NCBI GenBank assembly: GCA_951406725.2
Contig: OX597840.1
Span: 11,904,001-11,968,000 of the forward strand
Direction of reading: 5' to 3'
Source: Octopus vulgaris
Taxonomy: Eukaryota
DNA: 64,000 bases
Below are positions 14,199-27,975 of this stretch, in pieces (within the stretch, counting starts at the first letter, position 1; every line of letters starts with the position of its first letter). The position numbers and the translations under genes are program-made. The notes under the pieces were generated by a model. That model worked only from the letters and a program-made list of their open reading frames with translations, had not been told where the DNA came from and ran no database searches.

Positions 14199-14323
14199 CA
14201 ACAGGCTTCTTTCAGTTTTTGTCTACCAAATCCACTCACAAGGCTTTGGTTGTCCTCAGGCTATAGTAGAAGACACTTGCCCAAGGTGCCATGCGGTGGG
14301 ACTGAACCCGGAACCATGTGGTT

Positions 14324-14325
<2 letters not shown>
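13960..14325 (-). mobile_element. SINE family A
   Basis: matches the 34529-34938 copy in reverse. Confidence 0.85.
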
Positions 14326-14371
<46 letters not shown>

Positions 14372-14599
14372 ATGGGTTTCAGTGCAGCATCTGTAGATGA
14401 AGTTCTACTCACAGGATATGCTAGTTGTTGTTGTTGTTGTTGTTGTTCTTTAATCTCAGGGGTCAGCTCTGACTCTGCAGACTTGCTGATCAAATTTGTT
14501 CTGCCCCATAATCATGCTTATCATTTTTTTTTTTCAGGCAAAATGTATCTAGGGAGGCAATCATCCAAAGTCTGTGATTTCTGGAAAATCAGCTGCAAT

Positions 14600-14885
14600 T
14601 ACAGTGATGACGATGATGAGGATGATGACGATGACGATGATGAGGATGATGACGATGACGATGATGATGATGATGACGATGACGATGATGACGATGATGA
14701 TGACAATGATAATGATGATGATGATGACGATGATGACGATGATGATGATGATGATGATGATGGTGATGATGATAATGATAATAATAATAATGATGATGAT
14801 GACGATGATGATGATGATGATGATGACGACAACGACGACGATGATGACGATGATGATGATGATAACAGTGATGATGATTATAATG
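14600..14885. repeat. (GAT/GAC)n microsatellite
   Basis: direct reading. Confidence 0.95.
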
Positions 14886-15169
14886 TAATTAGTAATTAAT
14901 AATTAAGTTAATTTAATTCTAAGGGAATTTATAAAATTTTCAATTCCAATTTGTCTAATTTCCTCTCCACAAATAATGATTCTTTTTCACTTTATTTTTT
15001 AATTTTTTTTTTTTGGTTTCCTCTTCCAGGAATCAGTGAGTTCCAGTATTTCCCATCTGTCTCCTACAATGCACTTTTTTTTAATTATTTTTGTTCCCCC
15101 TTATTTACATTATTCTGGTTTTAAAATAAATGGTAAAAAAAAAAAAAAATGAAAAATTCTTGTCATGAG

Positions 15170-15540
15170 AAACTAGCAACAAGATTGCTTCTCAACCACA
15201 AGGTTTGGGGTTCAATCTGACTGCATGGCACCATGGTATAGTGTCATCTTCTATAGCCCTGGATCAACCAAAGCCATAGGAGTGGATTTGGTAAATGGAA
15301 ACTGAGAGGTTTGCCATATATATATATATATGTATCTCTCTCTCTCTCTCTATCTATATATGTATGTATGTATGTATATGTGTGTATGTGTGTTCATGTG
15401 CATATGTGTGTTTGTATGTGTGTGTGCGTGTGTGTGTGTGTGTTTGTATGTGTGTGCGTGTGTGTGTTATTGTCTCTTTTCTTTGACATCGTGTGATTGT
15501 TGTAAATGAGTGTCACTGTTATACAAGCAGGGACATTTAT
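15170..15540 (+). mobile_element. Diverged SINE family A
   Basis: ggggttcaatct..gcatggcacc..gtggatttggtaaatggaaactga plus internal microsatellite. Confidence 0.65.
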
Positions 15541-15924
15541 TTCCAATCTTCTGTGAAAACCTGTCTGCTTATAAGAGAACTTACTAATTACCTTGTTTGG
15601 AAACAGGGGAGGGTTGGCTACAAGAAGGGCATCAACAAATTCCCTCTGACCCATGCGAGCATAGAAAAGTCCACGTTAAACAATGATGATGAAGATGATG
15701 ATGATGATGATGAAGTGATATGTGCTGACCCAATGACCTAGCCATCTCAATAACAACAACAACAACAACTGCTCAAAGCAATCTGTGAGCTTTTCAACTG
15801 GTTCATAGCTATTTCAATGAATATCGTACGGGAGATGTGAGTTGATGTGAAATCCTCTTCAGATGACAAAAAAAAAATAAAAATTTAAGAAAAGGGCCAA
15901 AGCTGAGACAGAATACATTTTAAG

Positions 15925-17720
15925 TTGCCTTTGAATAGTTGCTTGTTGCTTCTTCTTATGCCATTTATAAATTGCTTAGTGCTTTGTGGCTATTTTAACT
16001 GTTGCTTGTTGCCTTGTTTGTCTGTCTGTGAAAAGTTGCTCTGTTTGCCTTTGAAAAGTTGCTTGTTACCTTGTTGGTCTGCGAAAAGTTTCATGTTGCC
16101 TCGTGTGTCTTTGAATAGTTGCTTCTTTGAATAGTTGCTTACCCATCTGTGAAGAGTTGCTTATTGCCTTGTTGGTCTGTGTAAAGTTTCATGTTGCCTC
16201 GTGTGTTTTTGAATAATTGCTTCTTGCCTTACCCATCTATGAAAAGTTGCTTATTGCTTTATCTATCTTTCAATAGTTGCTTGTCGTCTTCTCTGTCTTT
16301 GAATAATTACATGTTGCCTTGTCTGTCTTTGAAAAGTTGCCTATTGCCTTGTCTGTCTTTGAAAAGTTGCATGTTGCTTTGACTATCTTTCTATAGTTGC
16401 TTGTTGCCTTGTCTGTCTTTGAAAAGTTGCCTGTTGCCTTGTCTGTCTTTGAAAAGTTGCATGTTGCTTTGCCTGTCTTTCTATAGTTGCTTATTGCCTT
16501 ATCTGTCTTTCAATAGTTGCTCGTTGTCTTCTCTGTCTATGAAAAGTTGTCTGTTGCCTTGTCTGTCTTTAAAAAGTTGCATGTTGCTTTGCCTGTCTTT
16601 CTATAGTTGTTCGTTGCCTTGACTGTGTGAAAAGTTGCTTGTTGCCTCGTCTGTCTGTTAATAGTTGCTTGTAGTGTTGTCTGTCTTTGAAAAGTTGCAT
16701 GTTACCTTGCCTGTCTTTGAATAGTTGCTAGTCGTCTTGTCTGTCTGTTAATAGTTGCTTGTTTCCTAGTCTGTCATTAAATAGTTTCTGTGTTGCCTTG
16801 TCTTTTTTTGAAATAGTTGCTTTTTTGTTGTCTTTGTTTGAACAGTTGCTGTGCACCTTACTTGTCTGTAAAAAGTTGATTTTTGCCTTATCTATCTGCG
16901 AATAGTTGCATGTTGCTTGTTGTCTTTAAATAGTTGCCTTGTCTATGTTTGAATAGTTGCTTGTTTCTTGTCTTAAATAGTTGCTTGTTGTCTTGTCTTT
17001 AAATAGTTGCTTGTTGTCTTGTCTTTAAATAGTTGCTTGTTGTCTTGTCTTTAAATAGTTGCTTGCTGTCTTGTCTTTAAATAGTTGCCTTGTCTATGTT
17101 TGAAAAGTTGCTTGTTTATTTGTCTCTCTTTAAAAAGTTGCCTATCCTTCATCTCAATTTGATATCTTGCTTTGCCAGCCTTTTTCTTTGAAACTTGCTT
17201 GTTGCTTTTCTTGTCTTTCTTTAAAAGTTGCTTCTTACTTCTCTTATCTGTCTTTGAAAGTTGCTTCTCTTGTCTTTGAACATTGCTTACTATTTAGTCT
17301 TGTCTTTCTTTGAAAGTTGCTTGTTACTTCTCTTGTCTTTGAAAGTTGCTTGCTGCTTCTCTTGTCTTTGAAAGTTGCTTGTTACTTCTCTTATCTGTCT
17401 TTGAAAGTTGCTTGTTACTTCTCTTATTTGTCTTTGAAAGTTGCTTGTTGCTTCTCTTGTCTTTGAATGTTGCTTGTTGCTTCTCTTATCTGTCTTTAGA
17501 TAGTTGCTTGTTGCAAACACCTGTCTTTGAAAGTTGCTTACTAATTAGTCTTGTCTTTCTTTGAAAGTTGCTTGTTACTTCTCTTACCTGTCTTTCAAAG
17601 TTGCTTATTACTTCTCTTGGCTTTCTTTAAAAGTTGCTTGCTTTTTCCTTCTTTCTTTCTTTGAATAACCAATTGCTTCATTTACTTGATTCTTCTCTCA
17701 TCTACCTCTGAAAAGTTGCC
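15925..17720. repeat. Degenerate minisatellite, ~26-31 bp unit (gttgcttgttgccttgtctgtctttgaaaa)
   Basis: dozens of recurring agttgc cores over 1.8 kb. Confidence 0.9.
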
Positions 17721-18014
17721 TACTGCACAACCTTCTTTAAATAATTGCTTGCCATTCTCTTGTGTTTCTCCAAATAATTACTAACTCCCTTACTTTCAAG
17801 CGGTTGCTTGCTGCTTCCTCCCCATCTTGTGGCTTTGCCAATCTTTCAACTGATACCTGATGCTTCCGTTTTAGACCAGTATTTGGTCCCTGAACCCTTA
17901 ATCTATCCCAAAGTAGCCCCTTTTCATGAGACGTCACAACTTAAATGAGCAGAAAAACATAACAAGCTGCCTTTGAACTCTAGACCATCCAGAGGAAGAC
18001 AAACAGAGCAATAC

Positions 18015-18050
18015 GACAACAACAACAACAACAACAGCAATAGTAGCCAT

Positions 18051-18081
<31 letters not shown>

Positions 18082-18880
18082 ATAACAACAACAATAGCAA
18101 TAGCAATGAGGGAGCCGCTATGCAGTTGCCTGGACTGCTAGAAATAGCAGCCATGTTTCTCTCAAATCAAGTCTTACCGTGTTAAAAAAGAAAGCTGGGG
18201 GGGGGAGGCTAGGAGCACTTTGAATAAAGGTAGTCCTAGATATACTACTCCTGAAAGCAAGATGAGGCGGGCATGGCTGGAAAGGCTTTGATCGTAGCTC
18301 TGTTCAATCGAGGATCACCTGGGGATGAACAACAACAACAAAAACAACAACAACAACAACAACAATAGCAATAGCAATGAGGGAGCCTCTATGCAGTTGC
18401 CTGGACTGTTAGAAATAGCAGCCATGTTCCTCTCAAATCAAGTCTTACCGTGTTAAAAAGGAAAGCTGGGGGAAGGCAGGGAAGACTTTGAATAAAGGTA
18501 GTCCTAGATATACTACTCCTGAAAGCAAGATGAGGTGGACATGGCTGGAAAGGCTTTGATCATAGCTCTGTTCAAGTGAGGATTACCTGGGGATGAATAA
18601 CAACACCACCACCACCACCAACAACAATAGCAATAGCAATGAGGGAGCCTCTACGCAGTTGCCTGGACTGTTAGAAATAGCAGCCATGTTCCTCTCAAAT
18701 CAAGTCTTACTGTGTTAAAAAAGAAAGCTGGGGGAAGGCAGGGAACACTTTGAATAAAGGTAGTCCTAGATATACTACTCCTGAAAGCAAGACGAGGCAG
18801 GCATGGCTGGAAAGGCTTTGACCGTAGCTCTGTTCAATCGAGGATCACCTGGGGATGAATAACAACAACAAAAACAACAA
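18015..18880. repeat. Three tandem ~270-bp units, each led by an (AAC)n tract
   Basis: aatagcaatgagggagcc...gcagttgcctggactg...cacctggggatgaa occurs three times. Confidence 0.9.
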
Positions 18881-19029
18881 GAACAATTAGAGCAACAACA
18901 ATAACAACACCAGCAGTGGTAGCAGCAGGGGCAACAGTAGTAGCAAATACAATAGCAGCAACAACAATAACAATTAGAGCAACAATAATGTTAAAAATTA
19001 CATCAACAGCGACATCAACAATAATAACA

Positions 19030-19284
19030 ATAATGGTTTCTAATTTTGGCACAAGGCCAGCAATTTTGGTGGCGGCGGTGGTGGGCGGGGGTAGGTGGGG
19101 TAAGTTGATTAAATCAATGCCAGTACTCGACTGGTACTTATTTTTATTGACCGCCCCCCCCACCCCCCGAAATGGATAAAAGGCAAAGTCGACCTTGGCA
19201 GAAATTGAACTCAGAACGTGAAGACAGACAAAATGCTGTTTAATCAAGCATTTTGCCTGGTGTACTAACGATTCTGCCAGCTTG

Positions 19285-19375
<91 letters not shown>

Positions 19376-19806
19376 CCTTTCTAATAAAGGCAATAGGCCT
19401 GAAATTTGTGGGGAGGGGACCAGTCGATTACATCGACCCCAGTGCATCACTGGTACTTAATTTATCGACCCCGAAAGGATAAAAGGCAAAGTCGACCTCG
19501 GCAGAATTTGAACTCAGAACGTAGCAACAGGCAATATACCACTAAGCATTTCACCCGACGTGCAAACGATTCTGTCAGCTCATCGCCTTTATAAAAATAA
19601 TGAAAATAGGCTCAAGGCCTGAATTTTTGGTGGGGGGTATCAATCGGTTACATCGACCCCAGTGTTTCACTGGTACTTAATTTATCGACCCCGAAAGGAT
19701 GAAAGGCAAAGTCGACCTCAGCGGGATTTGAACTCAGTACGTTAAGACTGACAAAATGCCGCTAAGAATTTTGCCTGGTGTGGTAACGATTCTGCAGTTC
19801 ACCACC

Positions 19807-19810
<4 letters not shown>
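19030..19810 (-). mobile_element. Three SINE family B variants separated by (TAA)/(TTA) repeats
   Basis: aaaggcaaagtcgacct..tgaactcag three times. Confidence 0.8.
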
Positions 19811-19857
<47 letters not shown>

Positions 19858-19959
19858 GCATTCAGAGGTGAATGAGAGGTTTAAGATATTCAAGGACAAT
19901 TAATACTGTAAACGAAGCAATCTTTACGACAGTCTTAAAGCCTCCCTTTAAGACTGTTG

Positions 19960-20760
19960 TCATAACTTTGATCTCATCTTATCATAAGTGTAACCCATGG
20001 TACATCACATTTTGTCATAGCTTTGATCCTGGTATATCACATCTTGTCATAGCTGTGACCTTTGCATATCACATCTTGTCATAATTCTGATCCTGGTATA
20101 ATATCTCTGATGTTTGTATATCACATCATATCATAGCTATGATCCTAGTATTATCACATCTTGTCATAGCTATTACCCTTGTATATCACATCTTGTCATG
20201 GCTATGAGCCCACTTTCACATCTTGTCATAGTTCTGACCCTGGTATATCACATCTTGTCATAATCCTGCTCCTTGGCATATCATATCTTGTCATAACTCT
20301 GAGTCTGTTATTATCACATCTTGTCATAATTCTGAACCTGATATTTCACATCTTGTCATAGCCTGTGATCTTAGTATATCACATCCCATCATAGTTCTAG
20401 CCTTGATATATCACATCTTGTCATAACTCTGACCCTGTTATTATCACATCTGATCATAGTTTAGATCCTGTCACACCACATCATGTCAAAAAACTGGACT
20501 TAGTATTTCACATATTATCATAACTGTGATCTTAGTATATCATATCTTGTTAGAACTCTGCTCTTTAGCATAAAATATCTTGTCATAAGTCTGAACCTGG
20601 TATATCACATTTTGTCAAAACACTGAATCTAGTATTTCACATCTTGTCATATCTCTGATCTGTGTATATCACATCGTATAGCAATGATCCTGGTATTAGC
20701 ACATCTTGTCATAACTCTGACCCTGTAACTTCACATCTTGTCACAGCATTGTTACCTGTA
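19960..20760. repeat. Minisatellite, ~32-33 bp unit (tatcacatcttgtcatagctctgatcctgg)
   Basis: recurring cacatcttgtcata core. Confidence 0.9.
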
Positions 20761-21569
20761 CATCCACTTCATTTTACTCACAAGAATAAATCCAAATATT
20801 TCATCGCAGCCCAACATCGACAACGGCCGTACACAGAAACAAGGCCTTAGGTCGGTCAAGCGTTTTCATGGAGTATTACTCAGGTATCAAAGGTAAGTTA
20901 GGTAAGTAGAGTTAAGTGTCTTGCCCAAGGACATCAGTAGAATACCTTTAATGTGATCAGAATCCCTCAATCTGGGTATTAGTCTGTTGACACATTTGTT
21001 TATTTACTTCAATATTTTCACATTCTTCCGCGAAAGAAATGTTTCTTGCATGAATCTGAAGTGGAATTTAAGACAATCGGGGAAAAAGGAAAAGGTGAAG
21101 TTAAGATGCTCATGCCTTTCCCAATAGCAATAACAGTAACAAAGACACTTGATAGAAGGTTATATATAAGAACCAGGGGTTCATATGGGACCATGGCTTG
21201 TTTTTTCTTTTTTTAGATTCAGTTAAATAAATCACAGCAAAATCCTCCTCCTCCTACTCCTCCAACCACCACCACCACCTCTTCTTGTTCTTGTTCTTGT
21301 CTTATTGTTGTCCTTCTTCTTCTTCTTCTTCCTTTTCTTCTTTTTCTTTTCTTCTTCTTCTTCTTCTTCTTCTTCTTCTTCTTCCTTTTCTTTTTCTTCT
21401 TCTTCTTCTACTTTTCCTCATACTTTTCCTCATTCTTCTTCTTCTTCTACTTTTCCTCATTCTTCTTCTTCTTCTTCTTCTTCTTCTTCTTCTTCCTTTT
21501 GTGATCCTTTTTTTATTCTCCTCAGTTATCCATTCCCCCCTCTCAGCTCCATTCTGCAGCTTAGAGATG

Positions 21570-22050
21570 TAATACTTTTCCTTAATACATAAGCTGCTTC
21601 AAGTATTGCTTCCAACTGAGTACTTCCTAACAAGTTTGGTATTTGCCTGTTGGCGCTCATATTGCATTTCCAGATTTCCATCCTGCAAGACCAGGTCTTC
21701 ACAATGGGCCCGAGGCACCATAGACAAGATCACACTTGATTGGCGACACTCTCTGTAGTAATTTAAGCTGTTCTAAGTAGCGCTATCTTCTGGACTCCAT
21801 AAATATTGACGTTACCATTTTATTGCCTTCATTTTTTGGTTTTGTTTGAGTTCAACTTTTCTGAAAACCTCTGGTATTATTCCAGCTTTTATATTCCTCA
21901 TCCCGTTGATCTTGATTCCCAAGTCTTTCTACTTGGTCAGCTTCACTGTGACTTTCCATAGAGGGGTTTCTTTCAGAAGATATTGCTATGACATCGTGTA
22001 TGCTTCTCTAATACTTCCAGTCCTTGATAACAATGTCAGACATATTGACA
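21570..22050 (-). mobile_element. Decayed 3' fragment of an RLE-endonuclease non-LTR retrotransposon (R4/Dong-like)
   Basis: frameshifted remnants SDIVIKD..., KLTK*KDLGIKI..MRNIKAGIIP, AILEAAYVLRK; next to (TAA)n. Confidence 0.55.
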
Positions 22051-22132
22051 TAATCATTATTATTTTTATCATTGTTATTATTATTATTGTTGTTGTTGTT
22101 AAAATCAGAAATGATTATGATTATTATTATTA

Positions 22133-22187
<55 letters not shown>

Positions 22188-22202
22188 TACTACAACTACT
22201 AA

Positions 22203-22420
22203 GGGTAAAGACCCCTTCGGTCATGAATGACCATGGGATTGCACCTAGAAAGTTACCCTCCTAGACACAAGTCCGGGCAAGGTTGTTTATGGAAGACCAG
22301 TAGTCGCCCATGCATACCAGCCTCCCCTCTCCACGCCACCAGTGTTATCCAAGGGAAAGACAAAGGTCGATACATCTTGGCACCTGTGACGTCGCAACTC
22401 ATTTTTCTACAGCTGAGTGA
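22203..22420 (-). mobile_element. SINE/LINE 3'-end fragment between trinucleotide tracts
   Basis: aagggtaaagaccccttcggtcatgaatgacc...; same start recurs at ~32640. Confidence 0.55.
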
Positions 22421-22449
22421 AGAACTACAACTACTACTACTACTATTAC

Positions 22450-22494
<45 letters not shown>

Positions 22495-22974
22495 TATTAT
22501 TACTACAACTACTACTACTACTATTACTATTATTATTATTATTATTATTATTATTACTACACCTACTACTACTACTATTACTATTACTATTATTATTATT
22601 ATTATTATTATTCATTCAGAACTTTATTGTCTGCAAGTTGACAATTTCTTCAACTATGTTGAATAGTTGTTAGCACATGTAGGGACTGATCAGGAAGCTA
22701 TTGGCTGAGTCCCTCGTAAATATAGGCTCCCTTATCACCCTCTTTGGCAAGAAAGGGCACGCAGTTTTTCTCTGTCTTGTGACTATGGCAACAGAGGTCA
22801 TATTGTGGGTGTATTTAAAAGAGCTGGAGACGGGTCTTGTTCCAATCAAGTCCTGATCACATGACACTTGTAAAAGCAGACAGTAGGGACAGAGAAGATG
22901 GTTCAATTCTCTGGTAAACCTGATGATGAGGCAGGGTGGGCCAAGTTATAAAACTGATGTATTCTTTTCTTTTA

Positions 22975-23365
22975 TTCTTTTACTTGTTTCAGTTATTTGA
23001 TGTGGCCATGCTGGAGCATGGCCTTAAAGGGGTTTTAGTTGAAGAAATCGACCCCAGGACATACTGTCAGTCTCTTTTGTCAAACTGCTAAGTTATGGGG
23101 TCGTAAACATATCAACATTGGTTATCAAATGATGGCAGGAGGACAAATGCAGACACAAAGACACACACATAAATATATATATATGTAAATATACACATAT
23201 ATATGATGGGCTTCTTTACAGTTTCCATCTACCAAATTCACTTGCAAGGCTTTGGTTGACCCGAGGCTATAATAGAAGACACTTGCCTAAGGTGCCGCGC
23301 AGTGGGACTGAACCCGGAACCATATGGTTGGGAAACAAGTTTCTTACTACGCAGCCTTGCCTGTG
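22975..23365 (-). mobile_element. SINE family A
   Basis: matches other family A copies. Confidence 0.8.
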
Positions 23366-23719
23366 TTTAAAAAGAAATTTTGCTTTACTCCTTTGGTCAA
23401 AAAGTTAAGGAGAGCACTTGACCATTTCTAGGTCCTTCGAAACTGATGGGTGGGTGGGAGGACAGCATCTTCGAACCGATGTTCAAACACAAGTGCTTGC
23501 AACAGAGTGGACTTTGCTAAAGATCATCCGAAGACCATGTTGCTAAGAAAGATTAAGTCTATCACCCAAGTAGGCTACAGTGTGATTTGAACTCAGAACA
23601 TGAACCTTTACTTTTGGTACTCATAAACTAAAAATACCACTGAAATGCAGTGAGTTGATATTATAAACTTGCCCCTCCCAAACAAAATTTCTGGCCTTGT
23701 GCCAAATTTTGAAATCACC

Positions 23720-23747
23720 ATTATTATTATTATTATCATTATCAATA

Positions 23748-23778
<31 letters not shown>

Positions 23779-23822
23779 TATTATTATCATTATTGTTATT
23801 ATTATTATTATTATAACTATCA

Positions 23823-23854
<32 letters not shown>

Positions 23855-23878
23855 GTTATTATTATTATTATTATTACA

Positions 23879-23919
<41 letters not shown>

Positions 23920-23936
23920 CATTATTATAATTATCA

Positions 23937-23973
<37 letters not shown>

Positions 23974-23990
23974 TATAATTATCATTATCG

Positions 23991-24021
<31 letters not shown>

Positions 24022-24101
24022 CATTATTATAATTATCATCATTATTATAATTATTATAATTATCATTATTATTATTATTATTATTATTACTATTATAATT
24101 A

Positions 24102-24141
<40 letters not shown>

Positions 24142-24219
24142 CATTATTATTATTATTACTATTATAATTATCATCATCATGATCATGATCATCACCATCA
24201 TCATCATTATTATTATTAA

Positions 24220-24252
<33 letters not shown>

Positions 24253-24260
24253 GTTATTAT
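23720..24260. repeat. (ATT)n microsatellite field (further tracts to ~26250)
   Basis: direct reading. Confidence 0.95.
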
Positions 24261-24801
24261 TGAGAGGGGGAGCAGTGCATACCATCAAAGTGACACTTGG
24301 GTACAAATATACGAAGCCTATTATACCCATCATGTCTACCCATCTTATAATAAGGGTACATCCGACACATGCATCACAACCATATGTGCGTGAACATGGA
24401 GATCCCATATCAAGATAAACAGTGTATGACCTTGCAGGTGGGGCCCAGTTAGGATTTTCTTCAGCTCAAGTAGCCCCTTCTGCTCAAAAGGTCGTTGAAT
24501 AAGGTTTGTTTAAGGATGTTGAACAAAACACCCATGTTTCCAAAGGTGAATTATTGAAACTTGAAAGGATCACTCGCTACACATGGCCATGATGCTTCCC
24601 CACCACTCTTGCTCATGGTCAGCCACTAAGAGACATGGTCAACTGTTTAAGGTCAAGCAACTGACAAGCAAATCTGTGGTATTGAGCAGAATATTTGCTG
24701 TAACCCACCTTTATACTAAGACAAAACAATTTACATGATAACACCTCCAATCAGTTAAGATGAGAAGCCATGAGAGCCACTGCCTGGTACTGCATCAGGG
24801 C

Positions 24802-24851
<50 letters not shown>

Positions 24852-24915
24852 TTGTTGTTGTTGTTATTGTTACTATTACTATTACTATTATTATTATTAT
24901 TATTATTACTATTAC

Positions 24916-24967
<52 letters not shown>

Positions 24968-25046
24968 TATGGTTTCCTTTCATTGTAACTTTATTTCGGC
25001 TGCCTTAGTTACAATGTGCCCTTAATAATAAGGGCACTTTTGTTTA

Positions 25047-25081
<35 letters not shown>

Positions 25082-25241
25082 CATCATCATCATTATTATT
25101 ACTTCACATACACACAACAGATTAGTCTGTTGGAAAAGAAAAATTCCTATCATCAGGCTACAAGTAATATTTGAGGCGAAGGACCCTCCTAAGTATTCTA
25201 GCTGTCCCTAACAACACATTATTATTATTATTATTATTATA

Positions 25242-25289
<48 letters not shown>

Positions 25290-25717
25290 TTCCTGCATCA
25301 CTTGAAGGTTAGTGCAAAGATGAAGAGAAGTGCTGCCCTCTAGCGTTGTTTTGACCAAAGGTAGATGAGGACAATAGGGACACAGGCAAGGTTTTTAGGG
25401 GATTATGCAGCTAATCCCACTGTAAACAAATATGGGAAAAACTTGGAGATGGTACTTTTCCTTTCCTAGGAGAACAATCCAGAACTTTTGTATGAGAAGC
25501 CCGGAGATATCCCTTAAGGCGGTTGTTCCATTGCACATAGTAGGGATCACTTTTTGTGTTTTAGATTTTGTTGATGTCTGCTCCCTTATTTTCACTTGAT
25601 ATAAACCCTTTGGCCACACCCAACTTCATTGAGTTTGTGTTTATACTGTCCCCACTATTTCGGGTTCTTGTTGAAAAATAAAAAATAAATTTTATTATTA
25701 TTATTATTATTATTATT

Positions 25718-26164
25718 GTTTGACTTTTGTTTTACATTTGTACAAGTTGGCTCCAAGTCTCACCCAGAGACCTCAAGAGGCAACAGGTTGGAAGTTCATG
25801 TTGTTGTTATGCCTAGTGTGCCATATATTTGGTTTTGTATTTAGTGTTGTACTAGTGAATATCTAAAAAAAACCGAAAATTATGTTTGTTTTAAAACTTG
25901 AGATTACATAGAAAGTATTTTGCATAGGATATGAGCAGTTCCCATGAGCACTATCTTTTGAATTTCTGCCATTTTGGGGTTTCCTGGTATCTGAGCTAGG
26001 TAGCAATCAGCCCCTTTTGCTATCATTCCCAGGGCACCTATGACAACAGGTATTGTTTTAGTCTTCAGGTTCCACATTTTGCTGATTTCTATTTCCAGAT
26101 CTTTATATTTGCTCAGTTTTTGGTAGGTCTTGACAGATACGTTTATACGTTTATATCGATTGGG
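25718..26164 (-). mobile_element. 5'-truncated R4/Dong-clade non-LTR retrotransposon inside (TAA)n
   Basis: encodes NVSVKTYQKLSKYKDLEIEISKMWNLKTKTIPVVIGALGMIAKG...IQKIVLMGTAHILCKILSM*, the typical RLE C-terminus; (ATT)n on both sides. Confidence 0.85.
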
Positions 26165-26217
<53 letters not shown>

Positions 26218-26570
26218 CATCATCATTATCGACGTCATCGACATTATTGTTATTATTGTTTCACAAAACAGTTTAGTAAAAAAAAAAACCGGCAAAAAAG
26301 ACATTTACAATTCACGAAAAAAAAAAACCAAACAAAAAATACAAAAACAAGAAATTGCAAAAAACCAAAAAACAAATGGAATAAACAATATTGTTGGAAT
26401 AAATAAAAAAAGAAAATTGAAGGAGTAAAAAAAAAAAATTCCGGAAAAGATGGTAAAAACGAAATGTTCTTCTTCGCTTATTTGGTGTCTTTGAATTTCT
26501 TTCGGCGATAAATTCTTCAGTTCTTCAACTTTTTGCTTTTTATCAATGGCGATAGGAAAATGGTTGGAAC

Positions 26571-26609
<39 letters not shown>

Positions 26610-27129
26610 CATATGTATACATGTGTGTATATATATATGTATACAAATACATATATATATGTATATGTATATGGGTCAACTCACCATATATATATATATA
26701 CTTATACATGCATATATGTGTGTATATATATAATAGATGTGTGAGTATATAAATACCTTAGCACATACATGCATGTATAATGACAAAAAAAAAATTTACT
26801 GGAAATTCATGGGTGGCATGCCTGAGGTTTGAAACTGGTACATTGGTGTCTTCAAGGCAAAAATCTGGTAGATTGGCATGTGTCCCGAGGCAAAACTGGT
26901 TCGTTGGTATGTTTGAGGCAAATCTGGTACGCTGATATATTCAAGGAAAATTTAAACGGGCATTCAATGTTCATGTAAGGTTTTAATTTTAGTATGATAT
27001 GACTTGGTTAATTATAAAATAAATTAAACATGGTTTAATTAAACACGGTTCAAGTTATGTTAAAATCCAGTTGATTAAAATATATGGACTTGTTCCAACT
27101 GAACAGATAACCTTCGTATGTTATATGTC

Positions 27130-27168
<39 letters not shown>

Positions 27169-27410
27169 AGCATATATATAAACATTATATACACCATATA
27201 TGTGTGTATATATATGTATCATATATATCATGGATATACATATGATATCATATCACATACATATGTACGTATGATTTATTATATATATATGTACAGATAA
27301 AGATATATATATATATATATATAAATGGAGTTAAACACAAGTAACTGTTTATCTATTTTTTCCATGTTAATTGTAAACAAGGGAAAAATACATACATCCA
27401 TTTATATATT

Positions 27411-27975
27411 GATGTACATGTATGTATATATATATATATATATGTGTGTGTATATGTAAGTATGTAAATATATATGTGTGTGCGTTTCACCAAAATATTT
27501 GGCAGAATATAATTGTGTATGTATGTGTATATATATGTATGTATATATACATATTTATATACATATATACATATTTATATATATGAAAATATATGTATAT
27601 ATATGTGTGTGTGTGTATATATATATTAATATATATATTTATGTATGCATATATATTATATATGTATGGGTATGTTTTACATATATATATAAATTTATAT
27701 AAAGATGTACATGTATGTATATATATATATATATGTGTATATGTAAGTATGTAAATATATATGTGTGTGCGTTTCACCAAAATATTTGGCAGAATATAAT
27801 TGTGTATGTATGTGTATATATATGTATATATACATATCTATATACATATATACATATTTATATATATGAAAATATATGTATATATATGTGTGTGTGTATA
27901 TATATATTAATATATATATTTATGTATGCATATATTATATATGTATGGGTATGGTTTACATATATATATAAATTT
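27411..27975. repeat. ~295-bp tandem duplication of a TA-rich block
   Basis: gcgtttcaccaaaatatttggcagaatataattgtg at ~27482 and ~27768. Confidence 0.85.

Noticed and set aside
14318-14899. Poly-Asp ORF
   Set aside because: GAT microsatellite with no coding flanks.
26440-26575. Coding-looking minus-strand peptide ([21 protein letters not shown])
   Set aside because: No convincing splice sites and no recognisable family.
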